This document shows positions 29,855 through 38,443 of a stretch of DNA of 64,000 nt, piece by piece (within the stretch, counting starts at the first letter, position 1; every line of letters begins with the position of its first letter). Under the pieces are notes generated by a model, which was given only the letters and a program-made list of their open reading frames with translations, did no database searches and was not told the origin of the DNA. Source of the stretch: a virus (Duplodnaviria > Caudoviricetes); the IMG/VR virus record IMGVR_UViG_3300021399_003927, positions 32,001-96,000 of that record. One strand, given 5' to 3'. The translations under genes were made by a program, and so were the position numbers.

Positions 29855-30329
29855 TGTCTCTGATATGTTCCACTGCGCTCGTAAGGGCTACAGCAATTGC
29901 CTTTTCAATATTATTGCTTCTAGAAGAATCAGCTTCAATCTTTACATACTTGAAAGTGACTCTTCCATTTATTTTCTTGCACACACAAATCCATATTGTA
30001 CTATTTTCACTGTCCTTATGGATAAATGCGTCACCAATAACACTAATACATACATCTACGTTAAACATGTAAGATGCATATAATGCAGTTTTCATGGCCA
30101 CTTGAGAACTGTATAAACCATTCGCCTCTATAACATCTTCACCTATTCTCATCAACGTTTTAAGGGCATCGTCATTGAAATAGTTAAGAGTACCCTTATA
30201 AATTGTTGGAACGGCACATACGCTTCCTATGGTTGCTCCAAGCAGTCCACAAGTACAATTCTCAACTGTTGCTATCGTTAGACCTCTGTTGAGGATTTCT
30301 AAGGCTAATTCTTTTAACTCTTTATTCAT
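29847..30329 (-). CDS. CinA-C/PncC-like protein
   Basis: ATVENCTCGL versus the consensus AESCTGG. Confidence 0.7.
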   Translation of the reverse strand: MNKELKELALEILNRGLTIATVENCTCGLLGATIGSVCAVPTIYKGTLNYFNDDALKTLMRIGEDVIEANGLYSSQVAMKTALYASYMFNVDVCISVIGDAFIHKDSENSTIWICVCKKINGRVTFKYVKIEADSSRSNNIEKAIAVALTSAVEHIRDNG

Positions 30330-30678
30330 TGAAATAAACGTTTTTGTCAATATTAAGTTCTCTAAACACGTCCATGATTTTTTTGTTGATGTCTTGTTTC
30401 TGCTTTTTCAGTTTGGTTATGATGTTCTTTAAAGCTTCTTCCTTGTTAAGGAAATATACATCATCTACAGATGATTTTTTCAAATCATAAATAATGAAAT
30501 GGCAACTATCACCCCACCAATCATGCGTTTGCCTACCTAGCTTATCCATGAAAAGGCAAAGTAATCGTCCTTGGCCTTCATCAATAGGCTTAATTCTTTT
30601 GGTTTCAACCTTATTTCCTTTTATCACGTATACTGGATAAATCTCTCCAATAGTTAAATCTTTAAATGTAAGTGTCAT
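30322..30678 (-). CDS. hypothetical protein
   Basis: ORF directly after a promoter. Confidence 0.55.
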   Translation of the reverse strand: MTLTFKDLTIGEIYPVYVIKGNKVETKRIKPIDEGQGRLLCLFMDKLGRQTHDWWGDSCHFIIYDLKKSSVDDVYFLNKEEALKNIITKLKKQKQDINKKIMDVFRELNIDKNVYFNE

Positions 30679-30895
30679 TTCATATACTTTTTATTAAATT
30701 TTTTGCAAATATATGAAAAAAAATTGAGAAAGACAACCATCTTCCTCAACTTTAACAATCTTTAATTTTACATTTGTTCTGTGCTCTGTTTATCTTGTTG
30801 TAAAAGTTAATCCTTTTCAACTTATCAGTAGACTTATTGGCTGTAGCCAAATAAGAATTCTTAGCTTTTTTCTTTTTATTTAAACTAGTCATATT

Positions 30896-31076
30896 GGGAG
30901 TCTGGAGGGAATCGAACCCACATTATGTTTAAACCGACACACTAAATGCGCTTCCCTACTTGTGTTTCACCACGTTTTCGGTGCATCCGCAAAAATACAA
31001 GACCTTAATTCAGATTCTCTATCGGTAATAGCCACTGCATTTGCTACCGCATTGTCCATTTTATGCTACAGACTCC
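30896..31076 (-). ncRNA. tRNA shell with an insert of about 115 nt replacing the anticodon arm
   Basis: GGAGTCTG/CAGACTCC acceptor, GCAT/ATGC D arm, GGG-TTCGATT-CCC T arm. Confidence 0.7.
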
Positions 31077-31085
31077 ATATATTAA

Positions 31086-31565
31086 TTACACATTGTAATC
31101 CGTGAATCTTACTTCTGATTTGTTATATATTTTTGAACTTGATTTATTATATTCATCCTCGTTAACAATTCTACCAAGTAAAGCAAAATATAAAGGATGG
31201 CAAGTAAATTCAGAACCATTGTCATCGAATTTTATTGTAACTTCTTCTGACCACATCTGGTTTCTGTTAATCTCCACTAAATGTTTCTCGTTTGAACATA
31301 CAAGACTGAAACGGCCTCTAGATACTATCTCCCCTAATCTATAGTGTTTGTTGACAAAACACTCTCGATATATCATTGGATTTGTCATATTACTGTTGTA
31401 ATACTTGGTGTCCATTACAAACACTCTGTCTCCAATATTGAAGAAACATTTATATGGAGTTCCATATTTTTCATACGAATTGTGGGAAGGCCATAATACC
31501 ACCATTCCGTCAACTCTTCCTACTTCACAAGTTTCAACCCTTATGAATTTTTTTTGTTTGTTCAT
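31086..31565 (-). CDS. hypothetical protein
   Basis: 159-aa ORF. Confidence 0.55.
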   Translation of the reverse strand: MNKQKKFIRVETCEVGRVDGMVVLWPSHNSYEKYGTPYKCFFNIGDRVFVMDTKYYNSNMTNPMIYRECFVNKHYRLGEIVSRGRFSLVCSNEKHLVEINRNQMWSEEVTIKFDDNGSEFTCHPLYFALLGRIVNEDEYNKSSSKIYNKSEVRFTDYNV

Positions 31566-31756
31566 TTTGTTTGTTTCTTTTTTTTAGTATTAAAAATAGG
31601 TTTGCTTGTACCAACCTTAAAGGTATCCTCTTATCCATCAAGGAACTAGGGCAAGGGGTCAATCCTCGCACAGCATTACTGCTTGCCTACCATTTCTTAC
31701 GTGGTTTGCGCTTGTCTAACTATTTCAGCACCCAATATGGGTGCGCCAAGCCGTAG

Positions 31757-31832
31757 TTGGGAATTCTGGGCTCGAACCAAAACATCCTAGTGAATCAGAC
31801 TAGGCGCATTAACCATTTTTTGCTAATCCCCA
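31757..31832 (-). tRNA. atypical tRNA, anticodon GAT
   Basis: CCTAGT-CTGATTC-ACTAGG, U37, Gln-like acceptor. Confidence 0.6.
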
Positions 31833-31924
31833 ATGGGGCAGACAACCTTATTACTACCATCCTCACATTTAGTCACCCCCCAAACATGAGTTTTATGTCA
31901 ATCTGACAAAGGAAAATGGATGCG

Positions 31925-32009
31925 TGAGCGTAGTGGGATTCGAACCCACGTAGCTTATTGCCATAATAGTTTTAGAGACTATCCTAATAGACCACTCTAG
32001 CATACGCCC
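31925..32009 (-). tRNA. amber suppressor tRNA(CTA), class II body
   Basis: ATAGT-CTCTAAA-ACTAT, long variable arm, A73. Confidence 0.88.
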
Positions 32010-32031
32010 ATATTCTATTTAATCAATTTTT

Positions 32032-32346
32032 TCATTTTTCTAAATTCATTAGTTTTCTGTTCAAAACAAGTAGCATACCCTCGGCTATAAGCTTTTCATC
32101 TGTATGATGCTTTATTACCTCTTTAAGCTTTTTAATAGCTTCTGCCTTGGCCTCTTCCTCACTATCATATACAGTCGCTACATTGACGATATACTCACCA
32201 TTAGCCAAGTTTTTTCCACCAATCTTAAACTTTGGCCTAGTTCTTCTATCATCGATAGGCTTGTCCACTACTGTGCTAGTTTTGACATCGTAGACATCAA
32301 TGTATATGGCAGTATCGCCAACTTTTAAACTAGATGCTTTTTTCAT
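32032..32346 (-). CDS. hypothetical protein
   Basis: ORF directly after a promoter. Confidence 0.55.
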   Translation of the reverse strand: MKKASSLKVGDTAIYIDVYDVKTSTVVDKPIDDRRTRPKFKIGGKNLANGEYIVNVATVYDSEEEAKAEAIKKLKEVIKHHTDEKLIAEGMLLVLNRKLMNLEK

Positions 32347-32446
32347 ATTGCAAATATATGAAAAATAATTTGAATAGCAAAATAATTTAAAAATTTTTAA
32401 TAAAAAAGCACCATAAGCAAGAGCCTACAGTGCTTTTTATATTGTA

Positions 32447-32746
32447 TTAGTCTTTGGTAACAATATCTAAATTTTTAAATAGCTCTTCATGGCCGTGTAC
32501 CGCGATTGCAGTAATTCTACTGTCTAAGTCAGGTTCTCTGAACTCAGAATATTCAACACCTAGAAGGTCTAACTTCCTTCTCCACTTTATTATGTCAGCT
32601 CTTAAGTAAATCAGATATTCGTTATCCCATAGGTGGGTATTTTTATGCTCTAGCATCCATTGCGCTACGGCATGACCCCCTTGTACACAACCATATACTG
32701 GTTTCAACGTCTTATCAATCAAGATATAAAGTTTATTCTTCTCCAT
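32447..32746 (-). CDS. Pth2-like peptidyl-tRNA hydrolase domain protein
   Basis: KLYILI, QGGHAV, FREPDL, TAIA. Confidence 0.65.
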   Translation of the reverse strand: MEKNKLYILIDKTLKPVYGCVQGGHAVAQWMLEHKNTHLWDNEYLIYLRADIIKWRRKLDLLGVEYSEFREPDLDSRITAIAVHGHEELFKNLDIVTKD

Positions 32747-33047
32747 CGGTTGATGCATATTTGTTGTAAGTTGTAATAACACGGTTTTTAAATGCTGGAA
32801 CCACATAGCTTTCGGTCATTTCACCTCCGCTTACTCCCCAACGGCCACTGTATAACATCTTCCAACAACGATGTCTTATTTCATCCTCAAGATACTTGTC
32901 ACGCTCTTCACCTTCGATACGATGCTTAAAAATGTAATAAGCAACATAATCAGAATGGTCTTTATATGCGTCTGACTTAATAAACTCTTTAAACTTAAGA
33001 TACTGTTCCTTAGTGGTGGCTTCGTTTGTAAAATTTTTCTTTTCCAT
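32733..33047 (-). CDS. hypothetical protein
   Basis: Overlaps the Pth2-like gene. Confidence 0.65.
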   Translation of the reverse strand: MEKKNFTNEATTKEQYLKFKEFIKSDAYKDHSDYVAYYIFKHRIEGEERDKYLEDEIRHRCWKMLYSGRWGVSGGEMTESYVVPAFKNRVITTYNKYASTDGEE

Positions 33048-33048
33048 A

Positions 33049-33195
33049 TGATATATTTTTAATTAGTTTGTTATTATTAATGAATTTAAATTACTTCACT
33101 TATATTTCCCATTCAAACTAAAATATATCAGGACCACGAATCTTTTTCAGCTACCAGAATTCGTCAGAAATCTACCAAAAACTGTTCTTTTTCAT
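33049..33195 (-). promoter_or_regulatory. putative leader peptide and translational attenuator
   Basis: MKKNSFW*ISDEFW*LKKIRGPDIF* (all TAG); its 3' end pairs with the start region of the next gene. Confidence 0.6.
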
Positions 33196-33228
33196 AATGT
33201 TAATTAATTTAATTAGTTATTAAAAATC

Positions 33229-33284
33229 GGAAGCTGTTTTCTTCTGCTAAGACGCGCAAAATATTAAGATTGCTGCAAGCTTCC
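33229..33284 (-). ncRNA. CAGCA-scaffold RNA with a small hairpin cargo
   Basis: GGAAGCTTGCAGCAA...GCTTCC. Confidence 0.75.
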
Positions 33285-33290
33285 TAATAG

Positions 33291-33372
33291 TAGCGGAGGA
33301 TGGATTTGCACCAACGAACCGTAAAGGACTAGGTTATGAGCCTAGCGAGTTTGACTACTTCTCTACTCCACT
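33291..33372 (-). tRNA. tRNA-Met(CAT) with extended variable arm
   Basis: CTAGG-CTCATAA-CCTAG. Confidence 0.75.
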
Positions 33373-33676
33373 AGAGTTAAACTTACGGAGGTACTTTCAT
33401 CTGGAATCTCGTTATTCTCAACCGCCAAGATTTCTTTTATCCCATAAGGACTTGACATTGAGCACTTCGGCACACCAATAAGGCTATTACTAAGTGTCCA
33501 CCATTGCGCCTAGATGTAATTACTCACACCCTCAGTAGCTGTTAATTCAGTTAACGTTAGCCCACGCTTGTACCCCTACGCCTCTATCGTAAGTTTATTG
33601 ATTAAGGAATTGGAAACGCTAAAGTCACACTATGAAACTCTCTACCTACTCATCGTAGCATTATCCAAAACCTTAG

Positions 33677-33750
33677 TGGAGCCAGTGGGAGTCGAACCCA
33701 CGACCCCTTGCTTGCAAAGCAAGTGCTCTAGCCAACTGAGCTATGACCCC
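33677..33750 (-). tRNA. tRNA-Ala(TGC)
   Basis: Cloverleaf with G3:U70. Confidence 0.95.
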
Positions 33751-33992
33751 AAAACTTGTGGATTTGAAACAAACTCTCCAACTATTTTAGGCTACCCTTC
33801 CGTATAATGTCCATTCGTCTGTTATAATAGATTGATGAACGAACTCAAGTAGTCAAGGAATCGTTATCTTTGAGAAGAACGGCATAAGAGTCATCACTTT
33901 CTTTCCGAAGTCCGAAAGATATATTCTCTAATGAGAGCAGACCACAAAAACTACTCTGTTCCTTTAAAAACCTAGAATTAGTTAATATCTTG

Positions 33993-34033
33993 TCACCCAT
34001 TATGGAGTCGAACCATAAAATACCACTTGGGCA
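33993..34033 (-). ncRNA. tRNA minihelix-like element
   Basis: Acceptor-like stem plus TATGG-TTCGACT-CCATA only. Confidence 0.5.
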
Positions 34034-34042
34034 TTGGAGAAT

Positions 34043-34369
34043 TTAAAGTATCTCCACAACTTTACCATAGATTTGATTTCTACCTACCCATCCATTCATA
34101 TGACCATGATTGTTACCAATTAGGTACTCACTATCATTCTTAATGGCATGGATTAGATGCAAATAATGATGACCTCTAACCTTACATAATACAATGTCCT
34201 TTTTGTTAAGTTTAGTGTCATCTTTCACAGGTTCGCATATAACTGCTTGCCTTGATTTCAAAATAGGTGTCATAGAATTACCAATTCCAGTCACCTTACA
34301 TGTTTCACCTGCTCTCAGATGGTTGCATGTCTCTTGGTTTTCAAAACCACTATAAGTAAAATCTCTCAT
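34043..34369 (-). CDS. S24/S26 peptidase-like protein
   Basis: GNSMTP and LHLI. Confidence 0.65.
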   Translation of the reverse strand: MRDFTYSGFENQETCNHLRAGETCKVTGIGNSMTPILKSRQAVICEPVKDDTKLNKKDIVLCKVRGHHYLHLIHAIKNDSEYLIGNNHGHMNGWVGRNQIYGKVVEIL

Positions 34370-34388
34370 AATAAAAAAAGTTTACTTG

Positions 34389-34512
34389 CAGGGACTGATG
34401 GACTCGAACCACCATTGTTCATTAACAGTTAAAGGCGTAATCTGTTCCGCAGTCGAGACTACGTTAATTCCTTAAGACGTAACAAACCACTTTACCATTA
34501 AGCTAAATCCCT
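34389..34512 (-). ncRNA. tRNA with an insert of about 50 nt in the anticodon arm
   Basis: Normal acceptor, D and T arms; residual CTGTTAA loop. Confidence 0.65.
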
Positions 34513-34524
34513 ATATAAATATAC

Positions 34525-35315
34525 AAAAGACTGAGAATGTTGTCTTATTGTTGATGCCATCACACAACGGTTGGACGTTGCTCTTCACACGCTGCCTTAC
34601 AGCAGACGTAGACACCATGCACGATGATTTTGCGAAAACCACCCAAAAAACTTACTAGTTTAAACCTCTCGGTGCAGCATCATAGCTTTCAGTTCTTCGC
34701 CAAGCTCTTGCGGATTCATAGGATGCCTCCTATTAACTCAGACGAGTACTTTTACACGCTCATTGAATTCCTTGCGAGTCCTCAATGTCTTCATATTGCA
34801 GAAGAATAAGTGCATTTTAGCTGCCTAGTGTCGCACACTTTTGCTACTCTAAAAACTGTTTGAACCTTATTTCAAATTTTTTAAATTCCGCTGACCTTGG
34901 AAGACGAGGTGCGACCCATCGCATTCGTACCTTTTGAGTACGACCCACGAAATCGCCTTCCTACAAAGACTCACCACAAGTCCAATTGTTGTTATCTGCT
35001 ATCAGCCTTACGGTTCTCACGCCTTTCAGCGCAAGACTAGCGAATAACTAAACCCAACACGCCAACTGGTGATTATTGCATCGAGTTCAGCACAGTAATC
35101 TATTGTGTCACCACTCATCCAAAGACTCCTCACCCTTGGAAGCCTACACCTATGGTGTTACCCACGATGTAGACAGTACCATGCTCTTTTCAGTGAAATG
35201 CCTCAGTCACCCAAGACATCTGCAACGCTACTTGGTCAATTTCACGCCACATTTATCCTATTACTAGATTATCCTTAATGGCTACGAAAGCTAGCAAAAC
35301 CCCTTGCGAGATTCG
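34525..35315 (-). ncRNA. GOLLD-like giant structured RNA (about 790 nt)
   Basis: No credible ORF, GC-enriched, many GNRA hairpins (CTCGCAAGG, GTACTCAAAAGGTAC), located in a phage tRNA cluster; family assignment from recall. Confidence 0.55.
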
Positions 35316-35427
35316 TTGGTAAGAAGAGATTTGCACTCTTGAAGCCTCCGAAGAGGCACATCAAGCACGAACTTGATGCCCATTTGTCTACATCAGTCTC
35401 TCGACTGTTCTCCTCTGGTACTTACCA
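35316..35427 (-). ncRNA. tRNA-shaped RNA with expanded D-loop (copy 1)
   Basis: Acceptor, variable and T arms; D-loop GAGGAGAA-hairpin-ATGTAGACAAAT. Confidence 0.75.
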
Positions 35428-35462
35428 AAAGGTGGTTTTTCAATTTGTCCACCACAAAATAG

Positions 35463-35571
35463 TTGGTAGAGCTAGATTTGCACTAGCGAAGCTACCTAAG
35501 TAGCACAATACTTACCGTATTGCCGATTTGTCTACATCAGCCTTGCGACTGTTCTCCTCTCGTATCTACCA
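35463..35571 (-). ncRNA. tRNA-shaped RNA with expanded D-loop (copy 2)
   Basis: Same D-loop sequence; all stems show compensatory changes. Confidence 0.75.
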
Positions 35572-35577
35572 AATGAG

Positions 35578-35650
35578 TAGCGGCAGAAGGATTTGCACCT
35601 TCGAGACTCTAGGTTATGAGCCTAGCATGATACTACTTCACCATGCCGCA
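35578..35650 (-). tRNA. tRNA-Met(CAT), initiator-like
   Basis: U1:U72; CTAGG-CTCATAA-CCTAG. Confidence 0.8.
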
Positions 35651-35664
35651 ATGTTAAAAAATAA

Positions 35665-35740
35665 GGAAACGTGCTCAGAATGCGACTTTTTGTTTTTTCA
35701 AGAAACATTTACATACTTAAGTTAGTTGCTGTACGTTTCC
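35665..35740 (-). ncRNA. CAGCA-scaffold RNA with Ser(TGA) anticodon hairpin
   Basis: TGTTT-CTTGAAA-AAACA inside GGAAACG/CGTTTCC. Confidence 0.75.
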
Positions 35741-35814
35741 ACTATTCTATGGATTTTATTATCTTTTTTCCAACTGTGCAAAGATATATATTTTTTTTCT
35801 AACTTCCAAATTTT

Positions 35815-36081
35815 TTATGAACTTTTTTCAGCTTTTTTGAAAAATTCTTTCAACTTGGTCAATTCTGCAAGTTGGAAGGTGTATTCATCAGCACTGATTA
35901 TCAATTCATCTTTATCTTCTTCAATGCTAACAATCTGTGCCTTTAGCTTTTCAATAAGGCTTGCTTTTAATGCCTCACGATACTTGACGCTAACTATATT
36001 AGTAGCTTCACCTTTACTGTATCCAGCATCACATAAGTTTTTATACAACTCGTTTCTAAACTCTTTGTCTAATATTTTCAT
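35815..36081 (-). CDS. hypothetical protein
   Basis: ORF directly after a promoter. Confidence 0.6.
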   Translation of the reverse strand: MKILDKEFRNELYKNLCDAGYSKGEATNIVSVKYREALKASLIEKLKAQIVSIEEDKDELIISADEYTFQLAELTKLKEFFKKAEKSS

Positions 36082-36135
36082 AACCGTTTTGTTTTTAACA
36101 GTGCAAAGATATATAAAATATTTGAAACTTCCAAA

Positions 36136-36387
36136 TTATTTATGAACTTTTTTCTTAAAAATCACAATTTCTTTTGATTTTTCCCATATAGCCCATCCCA
36201 TCATCACAAAAAAGGCAAATATCATAAATATTAGCACAAGCCAAGATAATGTACAACATATCAAAGCAGCAATGATGTCAGATAGCCTAATTTCATCAAT
36301 TCGGAGTTTTTCACTTCTATCACATCGTACTAGTAGAACTAATAGAAATGCAACAAAGCACCCAATAAGATAAATTGTCATAACCAT
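36136..36387 (-). CDS. membrane protein
   Basis: Two hydrophobic helices. Confidence 0.55.
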   Translation of the reverse strand: MVMTIYLIGCFVAFLLVLLVRCDRSEKLRIDEIRLSDIIAALICCTLSWLVLIFMIFAFFVMMGWAIWEKSKEIVIFKKKVHK

Positions 36388-36407
36388 TTGTCCATCAATT
36401 TGTTAAG

Positions 36408-36765
36408 TGGAGCTAGAGTGAATCGAACACTCGTCCATACTACCATCCCATAAGAGATTACACAAGCTTTAAAATTGGAAAGTTGACATTGCTGTCCTCA
36501 CCGCCACCTCATTTTGCGAAAACGAGGAAAACTAGGGGGATGACTAGAGTCATCAGTCCACCATTCGGTTTCAAAAAACCGACAAAAAGTTGCATGGATG
36601 TTCTGTTCCTAAGAGCCATGCCTCTCGGCTCACATTACGCTGCTACAGCGTACTCGTAAGCAGGAGAATCAACATTCTCGCCGTTTATATTTTTTTGCTA
36701 TTTCTAGTGTATGCCCACTGCTTGTCTCTTACCAAATGTATAGCTGTCTATACCATTGTAGCCCC
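36408..36765 (-). ncRNA. ssrA: tmRNA
   Basis: GGGGCTA...TAGCTCCA acceptor with G3:U, T arm, tag frame GENVDSPAYEYAVAA*. Confidence 0.93.
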
Positions 36766-36792
36766 ATTATGTCAAAGAACTCTTTCTTATTG

Positions 36793-36869
36793 TCGAGACG
36801 GCAGGAGTTGAACCTGCGTGTGACCTACTACACTTTCTACTCCTTATCAGGGAGAGGTGATACGTCTCG
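36793..36869 (-). ncRNA. D-armless tRNA-like RNA, anticodon GAT
   Basis: CGAGACG/CGTCTCG; CTCC-CTGATAA-GGAG; D-loop-like hairpin in the variable region. Confidence 0.65.
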
Positions 36870-36872
36870 CTG

Positions 36873-37082
36873 TTATAAAAATACTGTTTTAGCCTTGCTT
36901 AAAAATTCATCCACATTACCATTAAAAGTGAAACTATTACCTCCTACTCTAATATAGGTTTTTTCTTCACCATCACGGTTTTTATAGTCATAAATATAAT
37001 TTATATCAGCTTTTCTAAACAAATTTTTATGACCATCTGGATTAGTTATTTCCAAAAACGAATTTGTATAATCGTAATTCAT
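36873..37082 (-). CDS. hypothetical protein
   Basis: 69-aa ORF. Confidence 0.5.
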   Translation of the reverse strand: MNYDYTNSFLEITNPDGHKNLFRKADINYIYDYKNRDGEEKTYIRVGGNSFTFNGNVDEFLSKAKTVFL

Positions 37083-37101
37083 ATTTCTATCTTAAAAAAA
37101 C

Positions 37102-37165
37102 GGAAGCGATTTTCTAGAATTATCAATTAAAAGTTGAGTCCTATTAGAAATTGCTGTAAGCTTCC
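37102..37165 (-). ncRNA. CAGCA-scaffold RNA with Lys(TTT) anticodon hairpin
   Basis: TCAA-CTTTTAA-TTGA inside GGAAGC/GCTTCC. Confidence 0.75.
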
Positions 37166-37166
37166 T

Positions 37167-37245
37167 TGGTGCTTGCGATAGGATTTGAACCTACTGTACC
37201 CCACTATAAGATGGCGTGTGTCTGCCAATATATCACCCCTCAAGC
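37167..37245 (-). tRNA. atypical tRNA, anticodon ambiguous (TAT or TTA)
   Basis: T arm and encoded CCA; irregular anticodon loop TCTTATAG. Confidence 0.5.
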
Positions 37246-37434
37246 ATGTTCGCACTCTGTACTCTTTCAAGCCATCGAGCACTTGTCTTGCATTATCGTA
37301 GTTAAGACCAATATACGGCATTCTTGACCTAAAGTATGCTTACGGTGGAGTTAAATGTGTGTCCTCTGTTTTAAGTCCGCGCAATTTCCCCATAACTCCC
37401 AAGAGACTTATGCGCTTGACTGATACTCAAGTAG

Positions 37435-37510
37435 TTGGAGGTAACGGATTCGAACCGATGACCTTCTGCTTGTAAGGCAGACGCTGCTGAACCAACTGAG
37501 CTAACCTCCA
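37435..37510 (-). tRNA. tRNA-Val(TAC)
   Basis: Cloverleaf. Confidence 0.9.
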
Positions 37511-37771
37511 ATTTGGGAGCGTTTGTTTTATGTGTGACTCGCCCTTTCAACAAGACCTGAGGTTTCCGAAGATTCCACTATTACAGTTCTCTTGTTCCAC
37601 AATCCCTATCGTCTGTTTACTTGTCCATCAGAAACTTATATCCGAAAACTCCACAAACAGCACCAACAATAAATGTAAGCATAATAATTTTTTATTAGTT
37701 AGACATTTGAATTAACAATGCAAAGATATATAAAATATTTGAAACTTCCAAATTTTATTCCTTAAAAAATG

Positions 37772-38443
37772 TTACCATTTGTCTATATTGTCAGCTACCC
37801 ATTGTTTTACTTCTTTCTTTTCGTATTCCTCTTGGATTGCGTCAGCGTCAGCAGCATCAAACTCATCTTCCAATTCACTTTCATCAAACTGAACATGCAA
37901 TCCATATTTTTTCTTATGAGGCTTTTTGCAAGTTTCTTGTTTGCATATTACTGCATTCTTGCCGTCACCCCAACGGTATTGTAGCCACCCTTCGTATTCT
38001 CCAGTGTCAAATAAATATCCTTTTGGAATTTCATCATCACCTCTGAAAAAATCATCAAGCATTTCTAGCCCAATGCGTACAGTTCCGCGCCATGTTTTCA
38101 TAACATTGCGATGATATTGGTAAATACCATCACCGCCTATTTTTAATATCTTGCTTTTTTCAAAATCAAGAACCAAATATCCCCAAAAACGGCTTTCAAT
38201 TTTAAACTCCCAAATTTCTTCATGCCATTTGGAGCGCAAATTAGGAACTTTATATGGCCTTGGCGTGTCCGCATAGACCTCTTCTATGAGGTTAACCTCT
38301 TCCTTCCATTCAGCTTCGGTATCAAATTCTGTCTCAGAATGAGAATATTCCTTCAAATTATACAAATCTTGCATATCCCTAGCTGTAGGGGATTTGCCCC
38401 ACATGGAAAAAATTACCATATATCTTTTTGTATGCTTTTTCAT
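37772..38443 (-). CDS. hypothetical protein
   Basis: 223-aa ORF. Confidence 0.65.
   Translation of the reverse strand: MKKHTKRYMVIFSMWGKSPTARDMQDLYNLKEYSHSETEFDTEAEWKEEVNLIEEVYADTPRPYKVPNLRSKWHEEIWEFKIESRFWGYLVLDFEKSKILKIGGDGIYQYHRNVMKTWRGTVRIGLEMLDDFFRGDDEIPKGYLFDTGEYEGWLQYRWGDGKNAVICKQETCKKPHKKKYGLHVQFDESELEDEFDAADADAIQEEYEKKEVKQWVADNIDKW

Noticed and set aside
35380-35410. Hammerhead ribozyme (CUGAUG)
   Set aside because: Lacks the full CUGANGA and the GAAA core
37127-37553. Short minus-strand ORFs overlapping tRNAs (also 40521-40724 and 58981-59290)
   Set aside because: They run through tRNA or structured-RNA genes and are probably spurious
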